Assembly (NCBI GenBank): GCA_001244265.2
Contig: CDLV01000004.1
Location: 682,001 to 746,000, forward strand
Direction: 5' to 3'
Length of the DNA stretch: 64,000 nucleotides
DNA from: Microbotryum violaceum
Lineage: Eukaryota
Below the pieces are notes generated by a model. It saw only the letters and a program-made list of their open reading frames with translations. It made no database searches and had not been told where the DNA came from. Every line of letters begins with the position of its first letter. Within the stretch, counting starts at the first letter, position 1. The position numbers and the translations under genes are program-made. Positions 15,030 to 25,749 of the stretch are shown here, in pieces.

Positions 15030-15826
15030 GTTGGAGAATCGGACATGTTATTATACAGTGATCTGCCACCGGTGACCGGCTTGGCACCCCCGGGGTACAC
15101 AAGGCGCAAGCGGGAAAGCGCCTGTGTACTCCCGGGGGACCCCGCTTGCGCCTTGTGTACCCCGGGAGTGATCACACCCTGCGCGCCGAATGACTGTGTA
15201 TCCCGGGAGTACACAGCTTTGTCGACGGCACAGGCCGGGTCCCCCGGGGTTACACTCTTGTCGCGCGCCGACTCTGTGTATGTGTACCCCCGGGAGTACA
15301 CAGCCCCTACAAGGTCCTTGGCCGATGGACCAATATCCCTGCTCACTCGACTACATAAACTATCACGTCAACGGAGTAGGTATGCGGCGACGTATTTCAT
15401 TGATTTTTGCTGACATATTATCGCAAGCACTGTACAACGGAGCGCCGTTGGACGCGTCTGGACCCACTTCGGGGTGCTGTTGGAACAGAACAACTACAGC
15501 AACACCAATCCTCACCGCCCCCCCCCCCTCTGGCAACGTTCCCAAACCTGAACCTGCAAATGTCAGCACCGATGCGCACCAATTTTTAGTTTTCAACTTA
15601 GCAGAACCTTCAAGCTTGTCACGTACTGCAGTTCGATGAGTGTGGCCGTAGCGACCGGCTCGTGGGATCATGGTCGTCAACGCGTCAACGCCTCATTAAG
15701 GCTGACATCCATTTTACTTTTGTGCACTGGCGTCCACATTCCACCATGTGCGATATGGGCCGCATACAAAAACCAAAGTCCTTCAATAACAAATAAACTA
15801 CAGTCAACAAATGCGCCAAACCATCC

Positions 15827-18260
15827 CTAGCTAGCCCATGGGCTCGTCGAGAATCTCGAGGTCGTCCGAGTCTTCAACGCTTGTCGAGCCCGACTCTCCG
15901 TCGCCCTCCCGAGCTCAGCATCATCTTTTTCCTCGACCTCCTGCTCCGATAGTAAACCCAAAAGTTCTTCCATTCGTCTTTCATACACATCATCACGGTC
16001 TCGCTGGGCCTGCTCCGCGGCTGGATCGGGGGTCAGGCCAAGTTCCCTTCGGAATGCGTCGAGGTCGATGGGTGTGTGGCGCACGTCCACGGCAGAAGTA
16101 CCTGATAAGCTGCGGCTCGACTCAGCGATGGGGCTCTGCATTTGAGTGTTATTTGGCGTCGAAAGGCGGCGACCGAAATGACGTGGACTACCGCGCGAAC
16201 GGCGCGACACCTGTTTCGCCCGTCCGGCGAAAAGTCCCCCGATCAAACCAAATGCCGAGGGCCGCGATTCATGAACTGCGGGTGAACGCGTCCTAAACCA
16301 GACAACCGAGAGATCATCGCGTTCGGCGAGCCGATCCAGACGCTCTTTGAACGAAATCGGCCGGTGTTGAAGCACATGCCACACCGCAGTGCCAACCTCG
16401 CCCGCGCCGTCAGTTCCGAGAAGTTTCTTAGCCGCTTCGATCGTTTCTTCGGGAAATAATAGAAGGGGCGACGTAAGGTACAGCACCAACACAAAAAAAG
16501 GGTGTGTTCATCTCACCTCGGTCCTCTGCCCATGCCTGAGATACCCTAACAAAGCGAGTGTCCTCATCCTCGAGCCACGCAAGTAGTTGTCGAACCTCAG
16601 CTCCGATTCGGAGAATCTCTTCTTCCGCCCTGGCTTTAGAGTAAAACCGCCTTGATCCCTTTCTGAACATCGGTATCAATCGCCCAAGGCGCAGCGTCGT
16701 GTACGAAAAAACCGTCTTGCCAGAAAGCGTCCGTTGGCGACAGAGTCACAAGCGACTTAATTGTGGTAGCGAGCGGTAAGTTGTCCAAAATCTGGGCCGA
16801 TTGCTCGGTCGCAGCACTTCGGTAATCCCCGACCGCTTTATTGTACATATCGATTGCCACTTTTACTTTCTTGCTGTACGTCTGTGAGACGCTGACAAGC
16901 TTGCTGGCTTCGACTTGACCGATTGTCGCGCCGCTTCGTCCCCCACCCATTGAGTCAATTCGTTCTTGACAGCATTGCAATTGGACCGTCGCTTTGTGTA
17001 ATGCGCGAAGTTTAACTACGCAGTTGCACAAATGCTGGAAATCTAGGTATGTCATGGGACATCAAACATCAGATGGCGATACTCATAAAGATAGGACGCG
17101 CGCCGCACCTAAAGCTGCAAGCTCCTTCGTGCGATCGTATTCTTGTTGGTAAGCTCTTAGCTGTTGCTGCAAGCGAGCCTTCGCTTCATCGGAAGCCATT
17201 GGATCGAATCTGAACACACAATGCCAAGACACAGTGTCAATTTTACGCCCTCGTCCTCCAATGGGGTTTGACGCGCCGAACGTACAGCCTTTTTTCCACG
17301 TGGTGTAGCCTCTGTACAATGTTAAAAAGCTCTAATCGCTCCTTGTCCTCGTTCTCCCGACGTTGACCCGCCGTTGTGGCCGCTTGAGCAGCTCGTTGTA
17401 AATCCCATTGCGCGAGAAGGTCAGACTCGGACCATATTGCCGAAATGTCACTCAGATCAGTTTGTGCCCTTCCAAGCTGATCTTGAGCATTCGACAGTCG
17501 TCTGCGGAGCCAACGGCCTAGAATGGACGATGAATGAAGGGACCGCACGATTAAGTGACGAACACGGCGTGAAAGTGTGGATGGCAGAGCATACCGAGGC
17601 TGTCAACACCGTTCTTGTTCATCAGGTCGATGCGACGCGAGATGTTGACGCGCCGGTGAGAAGCGCTCGCAGGACGATTGATCGGGATGAGCGATCGGAG
17701 CTGACTCCAAACGCGTTCGCATCCCTCCCCATCCGTCAACCCAAAGTGCTGAATCAGGCGCGGGTTGTACTCAAGCTGGCAGGGCCATTGATGAGCAAAA
17801 GCATGAAACACGCTCATGGCAAAATTCAATCTCGGAAACAGATCGGGAAGGATACTTCTCTGCAGGCGATCGAAGTACAGTACAGGTCAGCGGCGCCCCA
17901 GGGCCAGAAATCTAAGAAACGACGGATCCGCCACTCTTGCTGACCGATTGCATGTAGCCGTCCAAATTACACGCAACATCATACAGCACTCCGAGTGTAT
18001 CGTCGGACGGGAGTTGGTTCGAAATATGTTGCAGCAGCGATAAGCCGTAGTAGTGCCTGCCTCATCAAAAACGAGCGTCAGGCCCTGTAAGCGGTGAGAG
18101 AGGAACTGAGCTGACGAACTTTTCACCTGATTGATACAAGTTGACCATCTTCAACGCGATATCGTGACGGCAGACACAGGCAACTAGGCTCGTATCGGAC
18201 TTGCCCGCGAGATTTGTGTCGCACCGCCGTTGGCCGCTTTCCATGAATCAGCACAAGCCG
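15827..18260 (-). pseudogene. Kyakuja-type KDZ (Kyakuja-Dileera-Zisupton) transposase, degenerate and apparently lacking its N-terminus
   Basis: CADSWKAA, SLVACVCRHDIALKMVNLYQSGEK, and VFHAFAHQWPCQLEYNPR..FGLTDGEGCERVWS, followed by helical C-terminal segments (APWAIDTDVQKGI, RAEEEILRIGAEVRQL). Confidence 0.88.
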
Positions 18261-19240
18261 TTCAGACGAAGACGAAGGGCGTCAACAATGAAGAATGAAG
18301 GTCAGCCTGGCTCATGCTCGTATGGCGGTAAGCTTTGTCAGAGTTTGGCCCATCAAGCGCGGCAGTGGATCGCGGCGGGCGGGTGTGGAGCGGAGCGCTG
18401 GCGGCGCTCTTGGTGTGCGCGCGCGCGACCTTTCCGGCCCGCGCGCGGTGAAAACGCAGTCTGCGCGCAGCGCAGAAATATTTTTGAGCATTGTAGAGCT
18501 TGTAGAGTAGTTTTCAAAAATTATTCAACACTAGGCGGCCCTCATATTTGGACATTTTCAGTCAAAACTTGGAAAAAAATTGGACATTTTGCCTCGAAAA
18601 AGGCCGTTTTTAGAGGGCCGCCAATGGCTGGGCTTTCGGGGGTCCTTGCTGGCCCATGGAACGGCGCTACCCTCGCGCACAAGACTTGGCGAGGTTGCGA
18701 TGGCTGTTCTTGAATGAGTGTCACTAAAATCGAATAAGAGTGGGAGGGAGAAAGGAAAGGTTTGAGGGAGTGGCGCAGGATTATTTACGTGGTTGGATTT
18801 GTTGTTCAGTCCCTAATGCCGCTGGTCGACTGCCGGAATGACACTGACACCGCCGGCGCACTGCATCACGTGACAAACGCCAGCCCTCGCCTCGCGCGTC
18901 AGGCCGAGCTCTGCTGTAGAAGCAATATCATGCAAAGCCACGCGCTTGCGGTTCATTAAATACCATATGAGTGGAAGCATTGTTTTATGTCAGCGAAAAA
19001 AAGAAGGAAAATACTGGAGCGCTGTAGCTTCGTTGGAACGGCCCGGAAAATACAAAAGTCACCACAGGGCTTGTACATGACTTCTGATCGGAACCCCGAC
19101 ACCACAGGCAGGTGCGGCAGACACAACAGTATGCTGGTACATCCACCACAGGCGGCCCGGAGGGCCGCAACCTAGTTAAAAACAGCGATTTTAGGTACAT
19201 TCCTTAACTCACACTTTTTTTTTACTAGTTAGGGTAAAAA

Positions 19241-19339
19241 ACTATATAATAAAATAGGCCGTCGAGACAAAGAACATTCTAGAACGAGACAAACCACGTG
19301 GCATGACGTCATGGCGCGCGAAGCGCGCCACCGCACTAG
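19241..19339 (+). mobile_element. Miniature non-autonomous Helitron-like element (~100 bp)
   Basis: 3' hairpin TGGCGCGC-GAA-GCGCGCCA (19312-19330), then CTAG (19336-19339) followed by T. The 5' end (A)CTATATAATAAAA resembles Helitron TC-starts but lacks the T. Confidence 0.6.
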
Positions 19340-19389
19340 TATAGAGGTAGTAACTAGTTAGGGTAATAGGGTAATTCCGCCTGGCCCGG

Positions 19390-19615
19390 TTTGAGGAGCT
19401 CCGCGCGTCCATCCAGGAGTCCAAGGGACGACTGGTTTCGCTGTAACCGCCTAAGGGGGTTTTAGTGGGTATGGTTGATTTTGTTCCAAGGTCAACGAGT
19501 CCCACACTACTGGCCTCGCCAGTGTGCTTAACTGCATTCCCTCCGTCTTTTCCGAGGATTTTTAGGCATTAATATAGATATGCTGTTAATGAAATCTATT
19601 AGATAAAAAAAAAAA
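19390..19615 (+). mobile_element. Severely 5'-truncated LINE copy (3' end plus polyA)
   Basis: By eye, identical over ~215 bp to the reverse complement of 61161-61375; ends in A11. Confidence 0.93.
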
Positions 19616-19716
19616 TCAGCCTGGTTCAGCCACTGTTCAGCCCTGTTCAGCCCTGTTCAGCCAACAGTGCAACAGCGCCAGCCAAGTCTATACACACGCG
19701 CACTCTGATGTGCATA

Positions 19717-20180
19717 ATGTGCATAAAATATAATCTGTCGTTCTTGACCACTGGACTAAAAGCAAGTCGTAACTAGAACTCGGCAAATTGTATTTTATGC
19801 ACATCAAACGCGCATACCTCACAGCTATGTAACTAGAACTTACTGTACCTGGAACTCACCCAAGGGTCGACGTGGGTTCGAATCCCGTTGTGCGCCGACT
19901 GGTCACCGGGCGTAATTGGCACCCCCACGGTGCCGGCCTCAAGGCTCTGGTTCCCTGGATCCTCGGCTTGGTCAGCCGAGGTGGAACTAACCCTTGGGCA
20001 AGCCTGCGGTTATCCTCACGAAAGGGGATCTCCGGTGACACTTGGTCAAAAAGGGGAGGGTGTAAGGAGATGCCTTACAGAACAGCCCTGTAGCCTCTGA
20101 GTAGCTAGAACTGCCGAGTTCTAGTTACGACTTGCTTTTAGTCCAGTGGTCAAGAACGACAGATTGTATTTTATGCACAT
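19717..20180. repeat. 69-bp inverted repeats (MITE/foldback-like) flanking a structured core
   Basis: 19717-19785 is the reverse complement of 20112-20180 with one mismatch. Confidence 0.88.
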
Positions 20181-20959
20181 CAGAGGCGCATACATACCCT
20201 TACAGTCAAAGTCGACGCGACGATAGTACCGGGTCGTTGGAGCGATTTTTCATATTTCTGGCTATTGGAGAGCGATTTTTGGGCAATTAACATATGTTCT
20301 CCGAACTCTTCCAATGTACGACTCAAAATAGGTACAAATCCCTGAAGCTCTCTAGAGCTGAAGGTTTGTTCACCGAAAATTGGAGGGGCCCACTGAGGGC
20401 CGTAGAGAGCGGGGAATTCCACCCTTAGAGGGGAATACCCGAGGTCTCGTCTGGTATTTACAAAAGCGCGCTTGGGTAATACTCGACAGCCTGGTATTTC
20501 CATGGCGCCTGGTTTTACCACGCGCCTGGGTATTTCCACGGCGCAGGGTGTTATTTCCACGCGCGCGCTGATTTTGGGCCCGTACCCATGTCGGGGGGTG
20601 GGGGGGAGGAGAGGAAAAGAAAACAAAAAGAAGAGAAAAAAGAAAAAGAAAAAGTAGAGGGAAAGAGAAAAAAGGGGGGAAAAGGAGAAGAAGGAGCGAA
20701 AGAGAAAGAACTTGGAGAAAGAAGAAGAGGGAGGGGGAGGTGAATAAGGAGACAGAGAGGAAGTGGTACGGAACAAGTCATTTGGACAACATACTTCATA
20801 TTACGCAGGTATTCTACAACTGCAAAGTTGTGACACTTCTTTTTGATGCCAAGCTCGGCCATTCATCTCAGCCCTTGTCAGTCCTCTACAGAACCTTCGT
20901 GATTGTGGGTCGTCCGGATCCATCTCGTCTGTCAGCCCGAAAGGCTTCCCGCAGTCCAA

Positions 20960-22650
20960 GCACGCCCCGTCACACTCAGTCACCGATCCGTCATCGCTTA
21001 GTTTTGAACCCTTGCGTCGACAAGTAGTTTGCCCACATAATCGACAGTGCCTTGCCCCTTTTGTGGTACCCGCGCGCGTCAAAGCGCTGCTCGTGCCCAA
21101 GTCCGCGCTCGAACCAGCGTCGCTCGAGGCAGTTGCAACAAAGGGGAGGATGGATGACGTTGGAGGATCCGAGAAATCGACTTCTACCTCTGTAAGCCTC
21201 CCCAAGACAGGCGGTTTGTGACCGAGTAATGGCTTAGCCGCTAGCATGCTAACATCACGACCGCGGGAGGGATCGGTAAGCATAGCTTGAATCACTATGA
21301 CGTCGTTCCCACCCATGTTCATTGTGGCTTGAGCATTTGCCAGCGACGGCCATCTCGGTGCCCATGTATTGATGTGCTCTGGCATCTGTGTGAGGATTGC
21401 GCTTCAGCTCAACATCACCATTCAGTGTGACACAGACGCGACATACTTTGTAAAAAATGTCTAGTCCGTTGGCATACTTGTTCCAAGGCTCGGTAATCTC
21501 GAATATCCGCCCTTTTGAGGAGCTCCCAGTCGTACCTTGCTTGAGAGATATCTGTATAGCGCTCGTTCGCTGGGTGTATGGACATACAATACAGCGAATC
21601 GAGTACGCTGACGTTCCGTTGGCCAGTCGTGGCGAAGCTTGCGATCGGTTGGCAGCCGGCTTTGCATATGCTGTATCGCCGGCGTATTATTTTGCAGCAA
21701 GTTCCGTGGCGACCACTTGACGGGCTCCAAACGCAGATTCCCGCGCTCGACTTGATAGGGCTCGATCAAAAAGCGCATTTGCGCTGTTGGCGACTGAACA
21801 ACAGGTACGATGCCGAATGTTTCGGTGGATGGGGGTAGAGCAGCGGGTTGACTATATCTGACACGGCGGTTGAGTGCCGTGGGAAAAATGCCGAGGTCTT
21901 GCGCCTCAGACGATGTAATGCCACAGTGAGCCAGAGGTCGTAGTACCCCACGAATGGTTTTCCGGTATGATTGAACGTCCCAACCTGCGAATACAAGGGA
22001 TAATGGGTGAGAATGGTTGCCGCTTCTTCGAATTGCGATGGTGGAGTTGGACTGGCCGTGAGATTGTGCACTAGCACGTAGTCAGCCAAGCACGCAATGA
22101 CATGGCACGGAGAAACACCAGACTTTGGGAACCGTTGGCGAAGGTTCCGATGGATGCCTCCTTCAAGACTGTTGGTGTCGCACTGGCAGGAATATAAACG
22201 GACACCGTCATCCGCCTTTTCATCTGGCCCTCCGCAAGGCCCAAGGTCGGTGTACAGCTCGATGCCAACTGGATCCGATACTTGGCCTTTCCGAACCGCC
22301 TCAAGACATCTCTTCGCTGCCTCGTGCGCCGCTTTGTTGAAAAGTGGTTGCTTCGACTTCGTGTCGACCGAGCTTCTCAAAGACCTCCTGGACCAAAGGC
22401 TCGAGTATGCCTGGCGGAGGATCTATCGACGGACGCGTCTCCAAAGCTTCTTATTCCATACCGTCAAACGGACGGCTTCTTCTCACGTCATTCCGAGTTT
22501 TGCTAGGCGAGCCTCCATCAGGAGTCGATCATCCGCATTCGGGATGAAAACCGCATCGGAGAAGGCGCGAGCAAAGGCTTTGGCAGCGCCATGTTTTTTG
22601 GACACATAGATCCGGTCAAAGAAATGCCAGAGATCAATTACCAGCGGTAT
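20960..22650 (-). pseudogene. C-terminal half of a DUF6729-type putative transposase
   Basis: IDLWHFFDRI..KKHG..KAFARAFSDAVF, QPLFNK, GQVSDP, LYSCQCDTNSLEGGIH, VGTFNHTGK..GYYDLWL, and C-terminal RHCRLCG..C. In-frame stops and frameshifts present. Confidence 0.65.
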
Positions 22651-22960
22651 CGTCTGAGGAAGGGACTAGTGAAAGGGGATAGTTCAAGATACATACATCA
22701 GCTCCAGCCCCGGCGCCAGGACTGGGGCAAGTCCGTCGTAACTGACCTTTGCTTGTTGCAGCCTTGCCCCAGATAGCTTTGCCAACTGCTACATTTTGTC
22801 CTCCGTGTTATCGGCGCTTCGTTTCCGAAAGAAGCGTGACAGTAGTTGCATCGTAGGATATGGCACCTTGCAGCATGAAGACAAGGGGATCGCCGCGTGT
22901 GGCGCGCCTGATTGCGCCAACTCAGTCCGCCAACTCAGTCCGCCAACTCAGTCCGCCAAC

Positions 22961-23155
22961 TAGGGCTGGGTCACTAATTGTTTTGGCCCTGTCACTAATA
23001 GGTGACAAAAGTCGGACCCTCGGTCACTTATTATTGTCACTGTCACTTATGTCACCAGATTTTCGCCTGTCACTAAGTCCAATATTTGGTCACTAATGTC
23101 ACTAAGTCCAATACTTGGTCACTGTAACGAAGTCCAGTATTTGGTCACTAATGTA
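22961..23155 (+). repeat. hAT-like terminus with a GTCACT(A) subterminal repeat array
   Basis: TAGGGCTGGGTCACTA followed by about ten GTCAC motifs, preceded by a 13-bp tandem repeat (CCAACTCAGTCCG). Confidence 0.5.
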
Positions 23156-23360
23156 ACTGAATGAAAACGTTGTACATCGGAGGACTAGGTCGTTGACATC
23201 GGCTACGATCATGGTTGTCGCTTTGAGGTTCGGTTATTGGGACGCGGATAGTCGAGATAGAACGGAATCGGAGAAATGCATGAAGTAAAGCGAGGACTAT
23301 CGCGTCAAGAGCGTACGCGTCGGCGGACCAGTCGACGGCAGCCAATTTATGAGACCCAGT

Positions 23361-23398
<38 letters not shown>

Positions 23399-23599
23399 CG
23401 AAACTTGCCACACAGCCTCATAGGGGGCAAAAGCTGCCTTATGCCCTCCATAATATTCGCGCGCGCATGTGTAATGCAAAAAAATGCGCTGGAAGTGAAA
23501 CAAATGCCAATAGACGCCCCCTCAACTTGTGCCACGTCGCGAGCATCCTACGTTCTGCGCACTTCCCTGCGTGCCCTTGCTGAGGGTTAAGAGGACAGC

Positions 23600-25257
23600 A
23601 TGTCATCTACAACAGCGCTTCCAGATACACGAATTCAACTGCTCTTAGACGACGTGCTCGAGATTCCATGTGAGCAATTTGCCGCTATGTCTCCTGTCAA
23701 GGGTTCTCACAGGATCAGATCAGATCAGATCCTGATCCTAGCTGGGCAGGATCACGATAAGATAGATCGGGAGTCCTTGAGGGTAGGCAAAGACTTGAGG
23801 GCAGAGGGTGAGGAATGAGAGAAGAGAGAAGGTGTGTAGAGAGGGTTAGGAGTGAAGGAGAGAAGCTTTAGCCTCGGAGAGAAAAAAAAGAAAAAAGAAA
23901 AAAAAAGGTGGGGTGGAGGCGATGTAGCGTCGTTACTTGGTAGATAGCCCTGTAATACACACCGTAGGAGTGCACACCGGAGCGACAACGACAAGATCAC
24001 AGGACCAAAGTATGTAGGATTGACACTGGACACTCTACGTTAGTCGCTGATACAACAATGCCTCCTGATCCACTTGGGCTCACCTGGACACTCTACGTTA
24101 GTCGCTGAGGAGAGACTAAGAGTGCCCAGGCGCGCGCCCCCCCCTCCTTCTAAGGCCCAGGCGCACGGGCCTTACACTCTCCACCACCTATTCCAAACCC
24201 CCGCCCGCCCTTACAAGCCCTCTAACTGATACCTGCCATTCACAAGAGCGCGCTACAGGGTATGTACCACTATCCGACATGACCTTTATTACACAAGTCT
24301 AAACCGACTATAAAATTATGTTCGCATTTTGTAGATGTCATGCGAAACCCATCTACACCGGCGAGGGCAACGCGCGCAATCGGAGCTCATAAAAAAAGGT
24401 GAATCAGTGAGGTGATCATTTCGGATGATGATGATGATAGTGATTCCAACAAAGATGAGGAAGATAGTTATGATGGGCACAATAGTGGTGGTAGTAGTGA
24501 GAATGATGCGCTCAACACCGATAGCGACAACTTGTGGGATGTATTCATCAGTTGCCATATAAGGCAGTTGAATGTCTCAGATCAAATTGATCCTTCTGGA
24601 TAGGATCAAGAAAGGATAGATCAACGCGGATTGGGGAAAACTAAAAACGGATCTGATCCTATGAGAACCCTTGTAGACTCCTGTTGCCGAGCTCACTGTG
24701 GGCGAGCTTCTCGCGTACAAATTTACTCGACCTGACCTGACCGCAACGCTCACCGTATCCGAATTCGAGACAACATTTCATCAGCATCAAATACGCCTCT
24801 CACCCTATTTTAGGTCTTATGAATAGTTATATGGTTGATCAAATACGCCAATAGCACCACGCGCGCATTATTCAATAAAACTCACGATCTTCGAGAATTG
24901 TACGCCTCGGGCTATCGATCCATCGAGGTTTCGATCCCCTTGCACATCGATAGTGGAACACATGTCAATCGGTTCCGAAACATTCTGGCAACATCTGGAC
25001 TCTGTCGAGCAGCTGAAGTCAACCATCTCGGATACGTTGATTGGCTAAGCAATGTTGAGGTCAATGACAAACGCGACGCCGGCGGCGGCGCGTACATCAA
25101 GCTGGCGCAAGCGAAGTTGTTCGCTTTGCACTGTTTTCGCCCGTATGGGATGCCACTTTTCGAAGACGGTTATCTGATCACACTCGATCATCTTCTTGAA
25201 TTTCTTGGTACGTGCACGTCTGATCTGAAGGAGAGCACACTTACTGACATGAAGTGA
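23600..25257 (+). pseudogene. Uncharacterised coding sequence interrupted by the TIR element at 23698
   Basis: Removing the insert and one CTCCTGT copy restores ...FAAMSPV-AELTVGELLAYNLLD. A protein-like ORF (24835-25257) follows. Confidence 0.4.
23698..24673. mobile_element. Non-autonomous TIR element (~1 kb), hAT-like
   Basis: 24-bp TIR CAAGGGTTCTCA(C/T)AGGATCAGATC with one mismatch and GATC-rich subterminal repeats. CTCCTGT is duplicated at 23691-23697 and 24678-24684. An acidic coding remnant lies inside. Confidence 0.85.
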
Positions 25258-25675
25258 CTCATCAGCAACTTTACCACGCGCGCTTCAGAACAATCTAGAG
25301 CAATTCAGAGCCGATCTAGAACAATTTAGGCATAAAGCGCGTAAAGCGCATTCAGCCCTGCGCTGCTAGATTGCTCTAGATTTTGTCTGGAAATCCAGAC
25401 ATTCAGTGCGCTTCCAGAGCTTCCAGAGCATTTCCAGTGCCATTTCAGACCAATTATGACATATTCAGGTAGGGTTATGTGCAATGGTATGATCTCATTG
25501 CATTTACAGACAAACCTTCTAGACTCTACGTTCTTCTGCATCAAACCCGAACAAAGCCGCTTCAGCGGCGGCCTCGGCCGTCCCAGTCCCGGCCTCCGTC
25601 AATTGACGAAGCTTCTTGTGCCCAACCCAAGCCGCGAGGCTAGTTCACACGCGTTGCGAGAACACATCTGTGATT

Positions 25676-25749
25676 GTGGTGTAAGAACCATCGTAAAAAC
25701 GATCCATGATCTGTGGTGTAAGAACCATCGTAAAAACGATCCATGATCT
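25676..25749. repeat. 37-bp tandem duplication
   Basis: GTGGTGTAAGAACCATCGTAAAAACGATCCATGATCT twice. Confidence 0.9.

Larger units (their letters stand above)
12003..15309. mobile_element. Candidate TIR DNA element with hAT-like ends and subterminal palindrome arrays
   Basis: TAGGGGCTATG at 12003 and CACAGCCCCTA ending at 15309 form a 10/11 inverted match. Arrays of GTATCCTTAC/GTAAGGATAC (12140-12635) and GTGTACYCCCGGGRGTACAC (12663-15302). No TSD seen. Confidence 0.4.

Noticed and set aside
12140..15310. CRISPR-like array from spaced palindromic repeats
   Set aside because: Eukaryotic context, irregular spacing, degenerate repeats and no cas genes.
19860..19900. tRNA gene
   Set aside because: Only a T-arm/B-box is visible; no A-box, D-arm, anticodon arm or acceptor stem could be built.
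19987..19994. Telomerase RNA template (CTAACCCT) and nearby TTAGGG hexamers
   Set aside because: Only an 8-nt match and isolated hexamers, with no telomeric array; expected by chance.
23362..23396. A35 tract as a retroposon tail
   Set aside because: No TSD or recognisable upstream retro-sequence; treated as a simple repeat.
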